Both the position numbers and the translations under genes were made by a program. Positions 1-8,664 of a DNA stretch of 31,943 nucleotides are shown piece by piece (the first letter of the stretch is position 1; every line of letters begins with the position of its first letter). The notes under the pieces were generated by a model. The model was given only the letters and a program-made list of their open reading frames with translations. It did not search any database and had not been told where the DNA came from. This stretch comes from an uncultured Parabacteroides sp. (GTDB taxonomy: Bacteria; Bacteroidota; Bacteroidia; Bacteroidales; Tannerellaceae): the NCBI RefSeq assembly GCF_900552465.1, contig NZ_URZO01000047.1. One strand, 5' to 3'.

Positions 1-59
1 GCGCAAAAGTACAAAACTTTTCTCACTTATCGGCTAAATGTGGGTGGTAGTTTGCTTAA

Positions 60-659
60 TTATATATTAGAAAAGCACTTATGGTTTCGTATCGCTTCCG
101 GCAGAAAGAAACGCACATCCTTCCCGGCTTTCAATGATTCGCGGATGAACGTAGAGGAGATCTCCATTAAAGGAGCATCCACTTTGCGGATGGAGGGAAT
201 ATCGGACGGGATCTGTATCTCGTATCCTTTACGCGGATAGACAAGGATTGGATAGTTAGAGATCAGCTGGTCAGACTCTTTCCACCGTTTTATGAAAGCC
301 CAGTTATCGGCACCCATGATGAAATGGAACTGACGGTCGGGATATGTTTTTTCAAGTGCACGTAGCGTGTCGATGGTGTAAGTAGGCTGGGGGAGGGAAA
401 ACTCGAAATCACTTGCCTTGAATTTAGGATATCCGGCAATGGCAGCTTCGACCAGTTCTAGCCGGAGCCGGTCATCCATCAGGTCGTCGCGTTTCTTCAG
501 CGGGTTATGAGGCGTGATAACAAACCAGAGTTCGTCCAACCCCGCAAACTCACACAGCCAGTTGGCCAGGGCCAAATGACCGATGTGAACCGGGTTGAAA
601 GAACCGGAAAAGATTCCGGTTTTCAGCTTGTTGTTTTCCTTTACCGTTGTTTCTTCCAC
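60..659 (-). CDS. nadD: Nicotinate-nucleotide adenylyltransferase (NadD)
   Basis: 199-aa [17 protein letters not shown] contains the HxGH nucleotidyltransferase motif and the overall sequence is NadD-like. It lies on the same strand, tightly spaced with gmk and the yicC-family gene. Confidence 0.85.
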   Translation of the reverse strand: MEETTVKENNKLKTGIFSGSFNPVHIGHLALANWLCEFAGLDELWFVITPHNPLKKRDDLMDDRLRLELVEAAIAGYPKFKASDFEFSLPQPTYTIDTLRALEKTYPDRQFHFIMGADNWAFIKRWKESDQLISNYPILVYPRKGYEIQIPSDIPSIRKVDAPLMEISSTFIRESLKAGKDVRFFLPEAIRNHKCFSNI

Positions 660-660
660 A

Positions 661-820
661 TTATAAAGTTGAATGCCTGTACGCCGAATACGAGTCCGGT
701 TGCAAATGCAATGAGATATTCTTTATAAATGAGGCCTGCAATGCAGGTTCCCAATGCCGCGATTCCGGTCAGTGCGAAAATATATCCCCATTTACGTGAT
801 AATTGTCTGTTGTTATTCAT
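661..820 (-). CDS. Small hydrophobic protein (53 aa) between gmk and nadD
   Basis: Hand-translated ORF below the ORF-track cutoff: [53 protein letters not shown], predicted to span the membrane once or twice. Its ATG (818-820) overlaps the gmk stop (817-819) as ATGA, and its stop is 1 nt from the nadD start, which suggests translational coupling. Confidence 0.35.
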
Positions 821-1386
821 TCTTTAGACAGAAAATCTTTTATAACTTCCACTGCTTCGGCCTGTGCTGTCGCAAGGTCGTCGTTTACGATGCAGACATC
901 GAAATGAGGAATAAATCCCAGTTCGAATTCCGCTTTTGCGATACGGCTGTCGATCACTTCGGGAGCATCCGTTCCACGTCCTTCCAGACGTTCACGCAGA
1001 TGGGCGATGCTGGGCGGCTGGATGAATACTGAAAGAGCACGGTCACCATAAAACTTTTTGATGTTGCATCCGCCGACAACGTCCACATCGAATATGACGT
1101 TGTTGCCTTCATTCAGTTGGCGTTCCACTTCACTTTTCAATGTGCCGTAGTATTTATCGGTATATACTTCCTCATATTCCAGAAAATCACCGGCAGCGAT
1201 ACGGGCCCGGAATTCGTCGGGAGTCAGGAAATAATATTCCACACCGTTCTGCTCTGTTCCGCGTGGTGCACGGCTTGTTGCCGAGATAGAGAAATGCAGG
1301 TTCAGGTTCTGTTTTAACAGATGGTTGATGATGGTTGATTTACCTGAGCCTGACGGGGCAGAGAATATAATTAATTTACCAGCCAT
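817..1386 (-). CDS. gmk: Guanylate kinase
   Basis: 189 aa. It has the P-loop FSAPSGSGKST and the region between the P-loop and the EVERQL... C-terminal part reads like Gmk. The gap to the upstream yicC-family gene is 1 nt. Confidence 0.9.
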   Translation of the reverse strand: MAGKLIIFSAPSGSGKSTIINHLLKQNLNLHFSISATSRAPRGTEQNGVEYYFLTPDEFRARIAAGDFLEYEEVYTDKYYGTLKSEVERQLNEGNNVIFDVDVVGGCNIKKFYGDRALSVFIQPPSIAHLRERLEGRGTDAPEVIDSRIAKAEFELGFIPHFDVCIVNDDLATAQAEAVEVIKDFLSKE

Positions 1387-1387
1387 A

Positions 1388-2260
1388 TTATAATACGTTT
1401 AGTACCTGTTCCTTGATCTGTTCCAGTTCGTCTTTCATCTGAACGACAATTTTCTGCATTTCCGCATGGTTGCTTTTCGAACCGAGCGTATTGATTTCAC
1501 GTCCCATTTCCTGGGCGATGAAACCGAGCTTTTTGCCTTGTCCGTGCCCGTTATCCATTGTGCTGAGATAATATTTCAGATGGTTGTCCAGGCGGTTCTT
1601 TTCTTCGTTTACATCCAACTTTTCGATGTAGTAGATCATTTCCTGTTCGAAACGGTTCTTGTCGTAATCCTGTCCGGCAATCTTTTCGAGGTTGTCCATG
1701 ATGCGGGTTTTTACTTTTTCGATCCGTTCTTTTTCATAAAGTTCCACTTCCGAAAGCAGGCGTGCGATGTTGGCTATCTTTTGTTCAAACAATTTTTGTA
1801 GCATGGCGCCTTCCTGGATACGGAAATCGCAAAGATGTTTGATTGCCTCTTTGATTGCATTTTCAACGACGGTCCATTCTTCTTCATTCACTTCCTGAGC
1901 CTCTGTCTTGATCACGTCCGGCATGCGGAGCAATGTCTGGAACCAGTCCGAAGGGAGCGAGATGTTCAGGCGGTCGGCAATATCTTTGATCTGATTATAG
2001 TAGTTTTCCACCGCAGGCAGGTTGATTTGCGTGGGGGTGTCTTTACCTATATATTCGATGAATATATTAAATTCGACTTTTCCACGTTCCAGCGACTGGA
2101 GTAACAGGCTACGTATCTGCATCTCTTTGTCTTTGTAAATGGAAGGAATGCGCGTAGATAAATCTAGTTGCTTGCTGTTCAGAGCCTTAATCTCTACGGT
2201 TACTTTTTTTGAAGGAAGTTCGGCCGTAACCTTGCCGAATCCTGTCATTGATTGTATCAT
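1388..2260 (-). CDS. yicC: YicC/YloC-family protein (DUF1732 C-terminal domain)
   Basis: The N-terminus MIQSMTGFGK and the C-terminal ...FIAQEMGREINTLGSKSN... are typical of the YicC family. The start is placed at the internal Met (MIQSM) rather than the track start at 2317, because a Bacteroides -7-like motif (2280-2287) would otherwise fall inside the ORF. Confidence 0.75.
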   Translation of the reverse strand: MIQSMTGFGKVTAELPSKKVTVEIKALNSKQLDLSTRIPSIYKDKEMQIRSLLLQSLERGKVEFNIFIEYIGKDTPTQINLPAVENYYNQIKDIADRLNISLPSDWFQTLLRMPDVIKTEAQEVNEEEWTVVENAIKEAIKHLCDFRIQEGAMLQKLFEQKIANIARLLSEVELYEKERIEKVKTRIMDNLEKIAGQDYDKNRFEQEMIYYIEKLDVNEEKNRLDNHLKYYLSTMDNGHGQGKKLGFIAQEMGREINTLGSKSNHAEMQKIVVQMKDELEQIKEQVLNVL

Positions 2261-2279
2261 TATTCTGAAAATTAGATTG

Positions 2280-2287
2280 CAAAGATA
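2280..2287 (-). promoter_or_regulatory. Candidate Bacteroides sigma-A -7 element (TAtcTTTG on the minus strand) for the yicC-gmk-nadD unit
   Basis: The plus strand reads CAAAgaTA, which is TAnnTTTG on the minus strand, about 20 nt upstream of the proposed yicC start. No clear -33 TTTG was seen. Confidence 0.3.
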
Positions 2288-2363
2288 CTCAATCAATTGA
2301 CAATAGGCAATTGGCAATTGATAATTATTGGAAAAAGTCGCCTGTGTATTTCAGACGGATCTT

Positions 2364-2420
2364 AAACCATAGCTTTACACCACCTAAAGCTATGTGTTAG
2401 GAGGTGTAAAGCTATGGTTT
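2364..2420. repeat. 57-nt near-perfect palindrome in the divergent yicC/tsaB intergenic region
   Basis: Left arm aaaccatagctttacaccacctaa (2364-2387), centre agctatgtg, right arm ttaggaggtgtaaagctatggttt (2397-2420). The arms are reverse complements with one mismatch. The unit taaagctatgGt/taaagctatgTg also recurs directly. Confidence 0.6.
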
Positions 2421-2469
2421 AGGAGGTATATCCCAGCATTTGTCGTTTGCCGGTCTTAATAAAATAGGT

Positions 2470-2507
2470 TTTGATCATGCGATTACAATTATGTTTTTAT
2501 ACTTTTG
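2470..2507 (+). promoter_or_regulatory. Candidate Bacteroides-type promoter for tsaB (TTTG ... TActTTTG)
   Basis: TActTTTG sits at 2500-2507, about 29 nt upstream of the tsaB ATG (2536). A TTTG lies at 2470-2473, but the spacing of about 26 nt is longer than the usual 19-21. Confidence 0.3.
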
Positions 2508-2535
2508 CATCCGTAATCAAGATTGGCAATTAATC

Positions 2536-3234
2536 ATGTCCTGTATATTAAGTATCGAAACATCGACTTCTGTTTGTTCTGTAGCGTTGTCTATGGACGG
2601 GGAAATCCTTTTTGAGAAGGCCTCTTTCGAAGGTCCTTCGCATGCTGCTCTGTTAGGTGTATTTGTAGAAGAGGCTCTTTCCGCTTTGAAAAAAAAGGAA
2701 GGTAAGCTGGATGCGGTTGCGGTTAGTAGTGGTCCGGGTTCTTATACCGGGTTGCGTATCGGGGTATCTGTCGCGAAAGGTCTTTGTTTTGGTTTCGGTA
2801 TTCCTCTAATAGGTATTCATACATTAGATATAATGGCTGCTACTGCTATCAAGCAAAATAAGGGGGTAACGGATTGCCTTTATTGTGCGATGTTGGATGC
2901 CCGTCGGATGGAAGTGTATGCGGCGATCTATGATGCTTCTTTAAAACTTGTTCGCGAGACGACGGCCGATATTGTTGATGAGGGAACGTATGCTTCCTAT
3001 CTGGAAAAGGGAAAAGTATGCTTCTTTGGTAACGGGGCAGAGAAATGTAAACTGGTCATTACTTCTCCGAATGCTCTGTTTATGGAAGATGTCCATCCAT
3101 TGGCGGTTAATATGATCCTATTGGCGGAGCAGGCTTTTGCCGCCGGCAAGTTTGAGGATACCGCCTACTTCGAACCGTTCTACCTGAAGGAATTCCAAGC
3201 GACAATAGCCAAGAATAAGGTGTTAGGTAATTAA
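2536..3234 (+). CDS. tsaB: tRNA threonylcarbamoyladenosine biosynthesis protein TsaB (YeaZ-like)
   Basis: ILSIETSTSVCSVAL and GPGSYTGLRIGVSVAKGL are hallmark TsaB/Kae1-fold segments. The start is at Met33 of the track ORF (MSCILSIETS), downstream of the candidate promoter. Confidence 0.8.
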   Translation: MSCILSIETSTSVCSVALSMDGEILFEKASFEGPSHAALLGVFVEEALSALKKKEGKLDAVAVSSGPGSYTGLRIGVSVAKGLCFGFGIPLIGIHTLDIMAATAIKQNKGVTDCLYCAMLDARRMEVYAAIYDASLKLVRETTADIVDEGTYASYLEKGKVCFFGNGAEKCKLVITSPNALFMEDVHPLAVNMILLAEQAFAAGKFEDTAYFEPFYLKEFQATIAKNKVLGN

Positions 3235-3262
3235 AAGAATTGTTATCCATACATAGTATAAT

Positions 3263-3306
3263 AACCACTCTAAGATTGTTAAGAAAGAATATATCTTAGA
3301 GTGGTT
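3263..3306. terminator. Bidirectional rho-independent-type hairpin between convergent tsaB and the operon ending at 3316
   Basis: The arm aaccactctaagat (3263-3276) pairs with atcttagagtggtt (3293-3306), a 14-bp perfect stem with a 16-nt loop. It is flanked by A/T runs on both sides (ataata ... aatttt). Confidence 0.6.
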
Positions 3307-3315
3307 AATTTTGTA

Positions 3316-4287
3316 TCAAATAAACTTTTCGGCAACTTCTTCGATAGTGAAATTCCCGTCTATTTCCGGAATCTCGATATTTCCGTTTAGGATACGGAAA
3401 AAGAAATCTGCCGTTTTTTCCGGAGTCACTTCGCAAGGTTGATTGTCTTTATCCGGTCCAAGGTTATATTTTTGTTGAAGTTGGTTGTAAAGGCTGGTCG
3501 AACCGATGATGAAATGATTTTGTAGTTTCTCCGTATCGAGTAGTTCGGTGGCCAGGACTTTTCCGACAACGCTATAGCAAAGTAGCAATTGTTGTTCATT
3601 GTCGGCCGCCAAAACGCTTTTTAGCTCGTCGGAGTCAAGATCCATTCGGATAACACCGCTATTTTCTTCAACCGCCAAACCACGATACAGATGTCCCAAG
3701 TCTGCTAAACTTAAGTTGTAGAGGGTGGTTGTAGGTAGCGTTTTTATTTTTTGTACGGTAAAAGCACTGGGGAGCAATAAATAATTAGTCCCGTCCATAG
3801 AAACATCCGGAGCATTGAAGGTCCCGATCACACAACTCTTCAGGTCAGCCGATTGGGTCGTAAATATACCACCTAAGACAACACAATTTTCCAGGTATAC
3901 GTCATCCGCAAAGATGCTACCGGCGACGAATGCATTGCTAAGTTTAACCTGCTTTCCGTTAATATCAGCCATAAACATCAGCTTGCAATCTTTCGCATAA
4001 GAAACAATTGCGTCGGATGAGGCAACCGTTTTATGAAGTACTATTTTCCCGGTGGCGGAGGAGCTGACATGAAATTCCAGTTGGGTATAAACGGCTCCCT
4101 GGATTTCTATTTCGCCTTGTAGCATTTCCAGTTTACGGGCATAAACGGCACCTTCGATTATTGTATCGCTCTGGATTGTGATATCTCGTTCCAGTTCGGC
4201 TACCACTTTAGGCAGGATAGCACCTTTTACACGATTGTCTTTTAATATAATGTCTCCGTTGAAATTGATATCTTTCAGTTCTTTCAT
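3316..4287 (-). CDS. Hypothetical protein with an N-terminal beta-strand repeat (bactofilin-like beta-helix?) domain; last gene of the SPFH operon
   Basis: 323 aa with no signal peptide. The first ~170 aa are short G/V/I-rich beta-strand repeats (IQGAVYTQLEF, GKIVLHKTV, VAGSIFADDVYLENCVVLGGIF) followed by an unrelated ~150-aa C-terminal domain. It lies 13 nt downstream of the preceding gene. Confidence 0.6.
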   Translation of the reverse strand: MKELKDINFNGDIILKDNRVKGAILPKVVAELERDITIQSDTIIEGAVYARKLEMLQGEIEIQGAVYTQLEFHVSSSATGKIVLHKTVASSDAIVSYAKDCKLMFMADINGKQVKLSNAFVAGSIFADDVYLENCVVLGGIFTTQSADLKSCVIGTFNAPDVSMDGTNYLLLPSAFTVQKIKTLPTTTLYNLSLADLGHLYRGLAVEENSGVIRMDLDSDELKSVLAADNEQQLLLCYSVVGKVLATELLDTEKLQNHFIIGSTSLYNQLQQKYNLGPDKDNQPCEVTPEKTADFFFRILNGNIEIPEIDGNFTIEEVAEKFI

Positions 4288-4300
4288 GATGGATTGTCTT

Positions 4301-5362
4301 TTATTTGATTGATAATGTTAACGGTTGCTCTTTTTTCCATAGCGACCGTATCATGTTCGATACGCGTTGTTCGTGGGTATCGTTAACTCCATATACGGCA
4401 AGTTCTTTTTCTATATATGAAGTGATGCGTTCAGTTGTTTCAGCATCCATTTGTTTCCAGGTGAGAGGAGACGATTGGATGTTCTGTTTCAGCATCTGTT
4501 TGTCCACTTGCAGGCTTTTTAATAGTTCGTTGTTATAAAGTTCGGACATGATTCCTGATTGCTCGTCTGTTGTTTCACAATACAGGACGGGAATCATTTC
4601 AACTTTTCGTTCCGTTGCATGCTCATAAGTCAGACGTGTCTGTATCTGACGGCTTAAGCCGATCGTACCCGAAATGTAATCGTAAGCACATTGAATGAGT
4701 TGTTGTGCTTTCTGCTTTATGGAAGAGGCATATAATGCGGCCTGAAGTTGTGTATTCTCTTTATGGCCGACGAGTGCCGTTGCCATCAATACTGTTTCCG
4801 TATTACGGAAAAGGGTTTGAGTACTTTGTTTGATAAGCCCGAATGTCTCTTTGTGTAAAGCATGGATTCGGTTTTTCAGCTCTTTATTCAAATCCTGGAA
4901 TATGCTTGTATACCGTTGTTTGATACGGTTGTAATCGCCTTCCATGGTGGCTTTCTTCTTTAGCAAATCGTCTGATTGGGCCTTCAGGGCCATCAATAGT
5001 GCTTCGGCTTTCGCTCTTTCTTCGCTGACCTGTATTTCTATGTTTGAAGTTATCAGCTGGACAAAGCCGCTTCCCAAGGTATGTCCCAATTTGATGGAAT
5101 TTGTCGCTTTACTGGCTACTTCGGCGGCCTCGGCGGTGATAACCGCTTTTTTCAGGTTACCGACTTTGGCACTACACGTATCGACACTATTGTCAAACGG
5201 GTTGGTATTGACATTTATGTCGAAGTATAAATCTTCCGAGAGTTCTACCGGGACGTTTTTCGTAACAGTATGGCTATTTCCGTCTGCTCCCGTGTAACTA
5301 AAAGATACGGATTTCGTGTCTCTTAACGTGATTCTTTCTTTATATCGTCGTGTGTAACTCAT
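4301..5362 (-). CDS. Hypothetical helix-rich protein, paralog B of the pair (353 aa)
   Basis: It shares blocks with the upstream ORF 5364-6290. The N-terminal ...SFSYTGADGNSHTVTKNV.. matches SYSFNVDTQPMAEQ..., and DYNRIKQRYTSIFQDLNKELKNRIHALHK matches DFHMIATRYTSLFNSLNKALHNRIYELDK. It is K/E/Q-rich and predicted to be alpha-helical or coiled-coil, with no TM segment. The gap to the upstream gene is 1 nt. Confidence 0.65.
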   Translation of the reverse strand: MSYTRRYKERITLRDTKSVSFSYTGADGNSHTVTKNVPVELSEDLYFDINVNTNPFDNSVDTCSAKVGNLKKAVITAEAAEVASKATNSIKLGHTLGSGFVQLITSNIEIQVSEERAKAEALLMALKAQSDDLLKKKATMEGDYNRIKQRYTSIFQDLNKELKNRIHALHKETFGLIKQSTQTLFRNTETVLMATALVGHKENTQLQAALYASSIKQKAQQLIQCAYDYISGTIGLSRQIQTRLTYEHATERKVEMIPVLYCETTDEQSGIMSELYNNELLKSLQVDKQMLKQNIQSSPLTWKQMDAETTERITSYIEKELAVYGVNDTHEQRVSNMIRSLWKKEQPLTLSIK

Positions 5363-5363
5363 A

Positions 5364-6290
5364 TCATACCTCCCCGGGCGTTTGCCATTTTTGTTGTTGG
5401 TATAGTTTCTTTATCAGGTTTGTAACCCGCTCTGATGTTCCGGATGTGGCGACATATCGGTTAAACTCGCCGGTAATCCGTTGGTAGGCGATTTCGTCTA
5501 CCTCTTTCCATTTCAACTCGCCTTGTTTATCGCTCACGCCTTTAAGGATGGGAGCTTCCATATAGTTTTTAAGTCGTATGTCATTGGAGTCTGCAATGAA
5601 ACAATTAGGGGTGGAGCTATTTTCCTGCCTGCTTTGCGAAATAATGATCGGCACGTATGTTGTCCCCGTCTGGTCGACCGCTTCGTTCAACATGATCTGT
5701 TCGGACAATCTTCGTTGGAAATTGAAGAATTTCAGGTAATGTTTCATGTAGTCGATCAGTATGCTTGCGTTATGTTTGATCTTGCCGGCGGCAATGGCCT
5801 GGCTGACGGAAAGCGATTCGGACTGGTTTACGGGAACCCGGGCTATTAATCCGTTTATCCGGTTTTCAGATGTCTGAATATCTTTGGATACGAAATTGAT
5901 AGTCGGTTTATCGAGCTCGTAAATACGATTGTGCAAGGCTTTATTCAAGGAGTTGAATAAGGAGGTATAGCGGGTCGCAATCATGTGGAAATCTTTTCCC
6001 ATGCGTGTTTTCAGTGCGGTGAGTGCCATACTTTGTTGGGAAAGTTCCATGACGAGGGCTTTGGCTTCGCTTTCGGCGATGGCACTTTTTTGTGCGATCT
6101 GTGAAAGCATGAGTTTATAGAAGCCATTGTTCACTTTGTTGCAAAGCATACTTGTAGCCTTTGTTTCGGCGGCAATTACGGCCGTTTGCATAGTCACAAC
6201 AGCCGTACTGACCCCATTTACGTTTTCAGATACTTTGTCTATCTGCTCTGCCATTGGCTGAGTATCCACATTAAAACTATATGATGCCAT
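5364..6290 (-). CDS. Hypothetical helix-rich protein, paralog A of the pair (308 aa)
   Basis: It shows the same conserved blocks as 4301-5362 (the RYTSLF..LNK.L.NRI..L motif) and lies 29 nt downstream of the 639-aa membrane protein gene. Confidence 0.65.
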   Translation of the reverse strand: MASYSFNVDTQPMAEQIDKVSENVNGVSTAVVTMQTAVIAAETKATSMLCNKVNNGFYKLMLSQIAQKSAIAESEAKALVMELSQQSMALTALKTRMGKDFHMIATRYTSLFNSLNKALHNRIYELDKPTINFVSKDIQTSENRINGLIARVPVNQSESLSVSQAIAAGKIKHNASILIDYMKHYLKFFNFQRRLSEQIMLNEAVDQTGTTYVPIIISQSRQENSSTPNCFIADSNDIRLKNYMEAPILKGVSDKQGELKWKEVDEIAYQRITGEFNRYVATSGTSERVTNLIKKLYQQQKWQTPGEV

Positions 6291-6319
6291 AATGTAATTG
6301 TCTATTGTTGATTGTGTTA

Positions 6320-8239
6320 TTACCCATTCGTTAATGCGCTCTTATCTTCTTCCAGTTCTTTCAGGGAGGACATCGCTACTGCATTCAGATTCAGGGACAG
6401 ATGTTCATTCATAATGCTTTCGACATTTGGCTCGGGAGGTATTTCCGAGACTTTGGCATAAAGCGGATTGATGACGACAAGGGGCTTACGGCGTTCATCC
6501 AATGAAGCGACGTTGTCGCAGGCATCAACCAGGTCTTTGGCATTTCTGTCCCGTAGGGAACCGTCGTAATATTCTACATGGCCGAAGGCTGTTGCACGAT
6601 CGTTGATGTCGTCTTTCAAGCGGTTCATATACTCTTCAAAGTCTGTCTGTACATTCTCGAACTGGTCGCTTTGCAATTTGAATGCGGCCAGCATCTCTGC
6701 TCCTCCGTCATCGATTTTTTCTATTTCTTCATCGTTCCGGATACTCTTTTTCATGTTTTCCATAGAGGCAAGAGTCGCTTGGGAAGCCATGAATTGCGTC
6801 AGGTTGCTTCTCATCAGGTTACGTAGATCATCGCTTGAAGTACGGTTGCGTCCGTAAAAATCTTCCGTATCCTGGTGCCATTGGTTCAGATAATTGATTT
6901 TCTGATCTTTGATGTTATTATATATTTTAAGACGTTCCACACGGCTCTCCATCAGTAAATTCTGGACGATTGGCGCAACAATTTCTTCTTGTATCTGGCT
7001 GATGCCAAACGGCATTGTTGTTTTGGAACCATCTTCTGCTACCCAAGAGTCTGATATTATGTCATACCGTACACGCGAGCTTTCTTTTAGTCTGAAAGGG
7101 GTATAATGCTCTACCGAATCACTGAAATTGAAGTTCTCGTGTCTCATTTTTTCAATCTCATCTTGTTCGAGCAGGGGGGAATAATGGTTGTAGGATGCTT
7201 TTAATATATGGAAAAGCAGCTGATTCGAATCTTCCACCAAGGTATGGCTTGAAGCAACTTTCAGCATGGCAATTGTCTGTATGGCGGTCCCGACGTTTGA
7301 TATTAACCTTTTCAGGACATCTTCGAACTGCTCGCTCTCGCGCGACAATGATTGGCGCATGGCATTCAGTTTATTGAAATCATCGATCTCTTTATCATAT
7401 TTGTGAATATTGAATATGTTCAGGATAGGGGCACCGCTCGCATCGTTTGTCGCATATCCTTTCAGGTAGTCGGCATACTTGCTTTGTGGAAGTATGACTG
7501 GTAGGGAAACCGTTGACAGGGTGACGTCTTCCAGGCAACGGGCGGCGATGCGCAAACAACGGTCCATCTTGCTGAAATAATCGTGATAGGTGACTTTCTG
7601 GATAGATCGTGAATAATTGTCTGTATCGATTTCTTCAGTATCATCGGAACTTTCGACTAAAGGAGCTTTAGTTGAAAGAGTTTCCAGTTGGTTGATCTTC
7701 TCCGTTAACAACTCTTGGTTGTTAACCAATTGGAGTTGAAATTTCTCTTCTTGCATGGAACCCGTATGGTCAACTAAAAAACTTTTGTTTTCGTATGGTA
7801 TCTGGCTGGCTACCGGAATATAGACGACTCCTAACTTTTCGACTTTATAGTCCCTGAATATATTCTGGTAATTTTCTTCCTGCTCGGCAATGTGTTCCTG
7901 GGTCTGCTCTATTTCTTTTTCAAATGCTCTCTTTTTTAGAAAGATGGCTATGGACCCTCCGAGGCTGGCAATGGCGATGATTATTCCTACAATAGGTGAG
8001 AAGCAAAAATAGAGGACCAGCCCGACAACAATACCCGCAAGGCATGCAATAGCCTGGTTCTGTTTTCTGTCAATTATTATTGCCTGATTCTTTTCTGCAT
8101 TTTTCCATGCCTCGATTTTTTTCTCGATTGCTTCTTCTTGCGAGACAATTTTTTCGGCCGCCTGTCTGTAATAATCGAATAAAATATGCGCCTGGTCCTG
8201 ATAGAGATCTTGCGATGAATCAAATACTTTACCTTTCAT
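6320..8239 (-). CDS. Large membrane-anchored protein (639 aa) with an N-terminal coiled coil and a hydrophobic hairpin
   Basis: The first ~60 residues are helical (...EEAIEKKIEAWKNAEKNQ). The hydrophobic stretch IACLAGIVVGLVLYFCFSPIVGIIIAIASLGGSIAIFL is long enough for two TM helices. It is followed by a ~530-aa domain I cannot assign to a family. The gene is 12 nt downstream of the 4-TM gene. Confidence 0.65.
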   Translation of the reverse strand: MKGKVFDSSQDLYQDQAHILFDYYRQAAEKIVSQEEAIEKKIEAWKNAEKNQAIIIDRKQNQAIACLAGIVVGLVLYFCFSPIVGIIIAIASLGGSIAIFLKKRAFEKEIEQTQEHIAEQEENYQNIFRDYKVEKLGVVYIPVASQIPYENKSFLVDHTGSMQEEKFQLQLVNNQELLTEKINQLETLSTKAPLVESSDDTEEIDTDNYSRSIQKVTYHDYFSKMDRCLRIAARCLEDVTLSTVSLPVILPQSKYADYLKGYATNDASGAPILNIFNIHKYDKEIDDFNKLNAMRQSLSRESEQFEDVLKRLISNVGTAIQTIAMLKVASSHTLVEDSNQLLFHILKASYNHYSPLLEQDEIEKMRHENFNFSDSVEHYTPFRLKESSRVRYDIISDSWVAEDGSKTTMPFGISQIQEEIVAPIVQNLLMESRVERLKIYNNIKDQKINYLNQWHQDTEDFYGRNRTSSDDLRNLMRSNLTQFMASQATLASMENMKKSIRNDEEIEKIDDGGAEMLAAFKLQSDQFENVQTDFEEYMNRLKDDINDRATAFGHVEYYDGSLRDRNAKDLVDACDNVASLDERRKPLVVINPLYAKVSEIPPEPNVESIMNEHLSLNLNAVAMSSLKELEEDKSALTNG

Positions 8240-8251
8240 GATATTGTCTTG

Positions 8252-8641
8252 TTAATTATTATTTATTTTGCTGTTTGCTATGTTCGCTATATATACACCG
8301 AATAGATATATTAAGAAGAAGGATAATTGATATAGAAGTTGCCATTCGAAAGAAATTGTAAAATAGATTCCGCCGACTATTCCGCCAATTCCCAATATCG
8401 TGTATATCCAAGTGAAAAAGATTGAAATGCCTAATCCAGCTATGTGATTGCTGAACTCACGGGAGGATGAGTATAGTATGGGATAAGCAAAAATATTGGC
8501 AAAATAGATCATACAGCATACGATCATATCAAAAGCCAGGTTCTTTTCTGCGATCCGTTCGTGCAGAAGCAGGTATGAACCGGTTAAAAGCACAATCATT
8601 CCTATCAGGATCAGGACGTATTTTAATAGTTGGTTTCCCAT
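8252..8641 (-). CDS. Small integral membrane protein (129 aa, about four TM helices)
   Basis: Four hydrophobic segments (LILIGMIVLLTGSYLLL; MIVCCMIYFANIFAYPIL; GLGISIFFTWIYTILGIGGIVGGIYF; LSFFLIYLFGVYIANI). It is 23 nt downstream of the SPFH gene and matches the position and size of the small membrane partner (YdjH-like) in SPFH operons. That correspondence is an inference. Confidence 0.6.
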   Translation of the reverse strand: MGNQLLKYVLILIGMIVLLTGSYLLLHERIAEKNLAFDMIVCCMIYFANIFAYPILYSSSREFSNHIAGLGISIFFTWIYTILGIGGIVGGIYFTISFEWQLLYQLSFFLIYLFGVYIANIANSKINNN

Positions 8642-8664
8642 GATATATAAGATTTGAATGAAAA

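Noticed and set aside
1-59. Short AAAAGT-N5-ACTTTT hairpin downstream of the nadD stop at the window edge
   Set aside because: The stem is AT-only and 6 bp long and is truncated by the window boundary. That is too weak to call a terminator.
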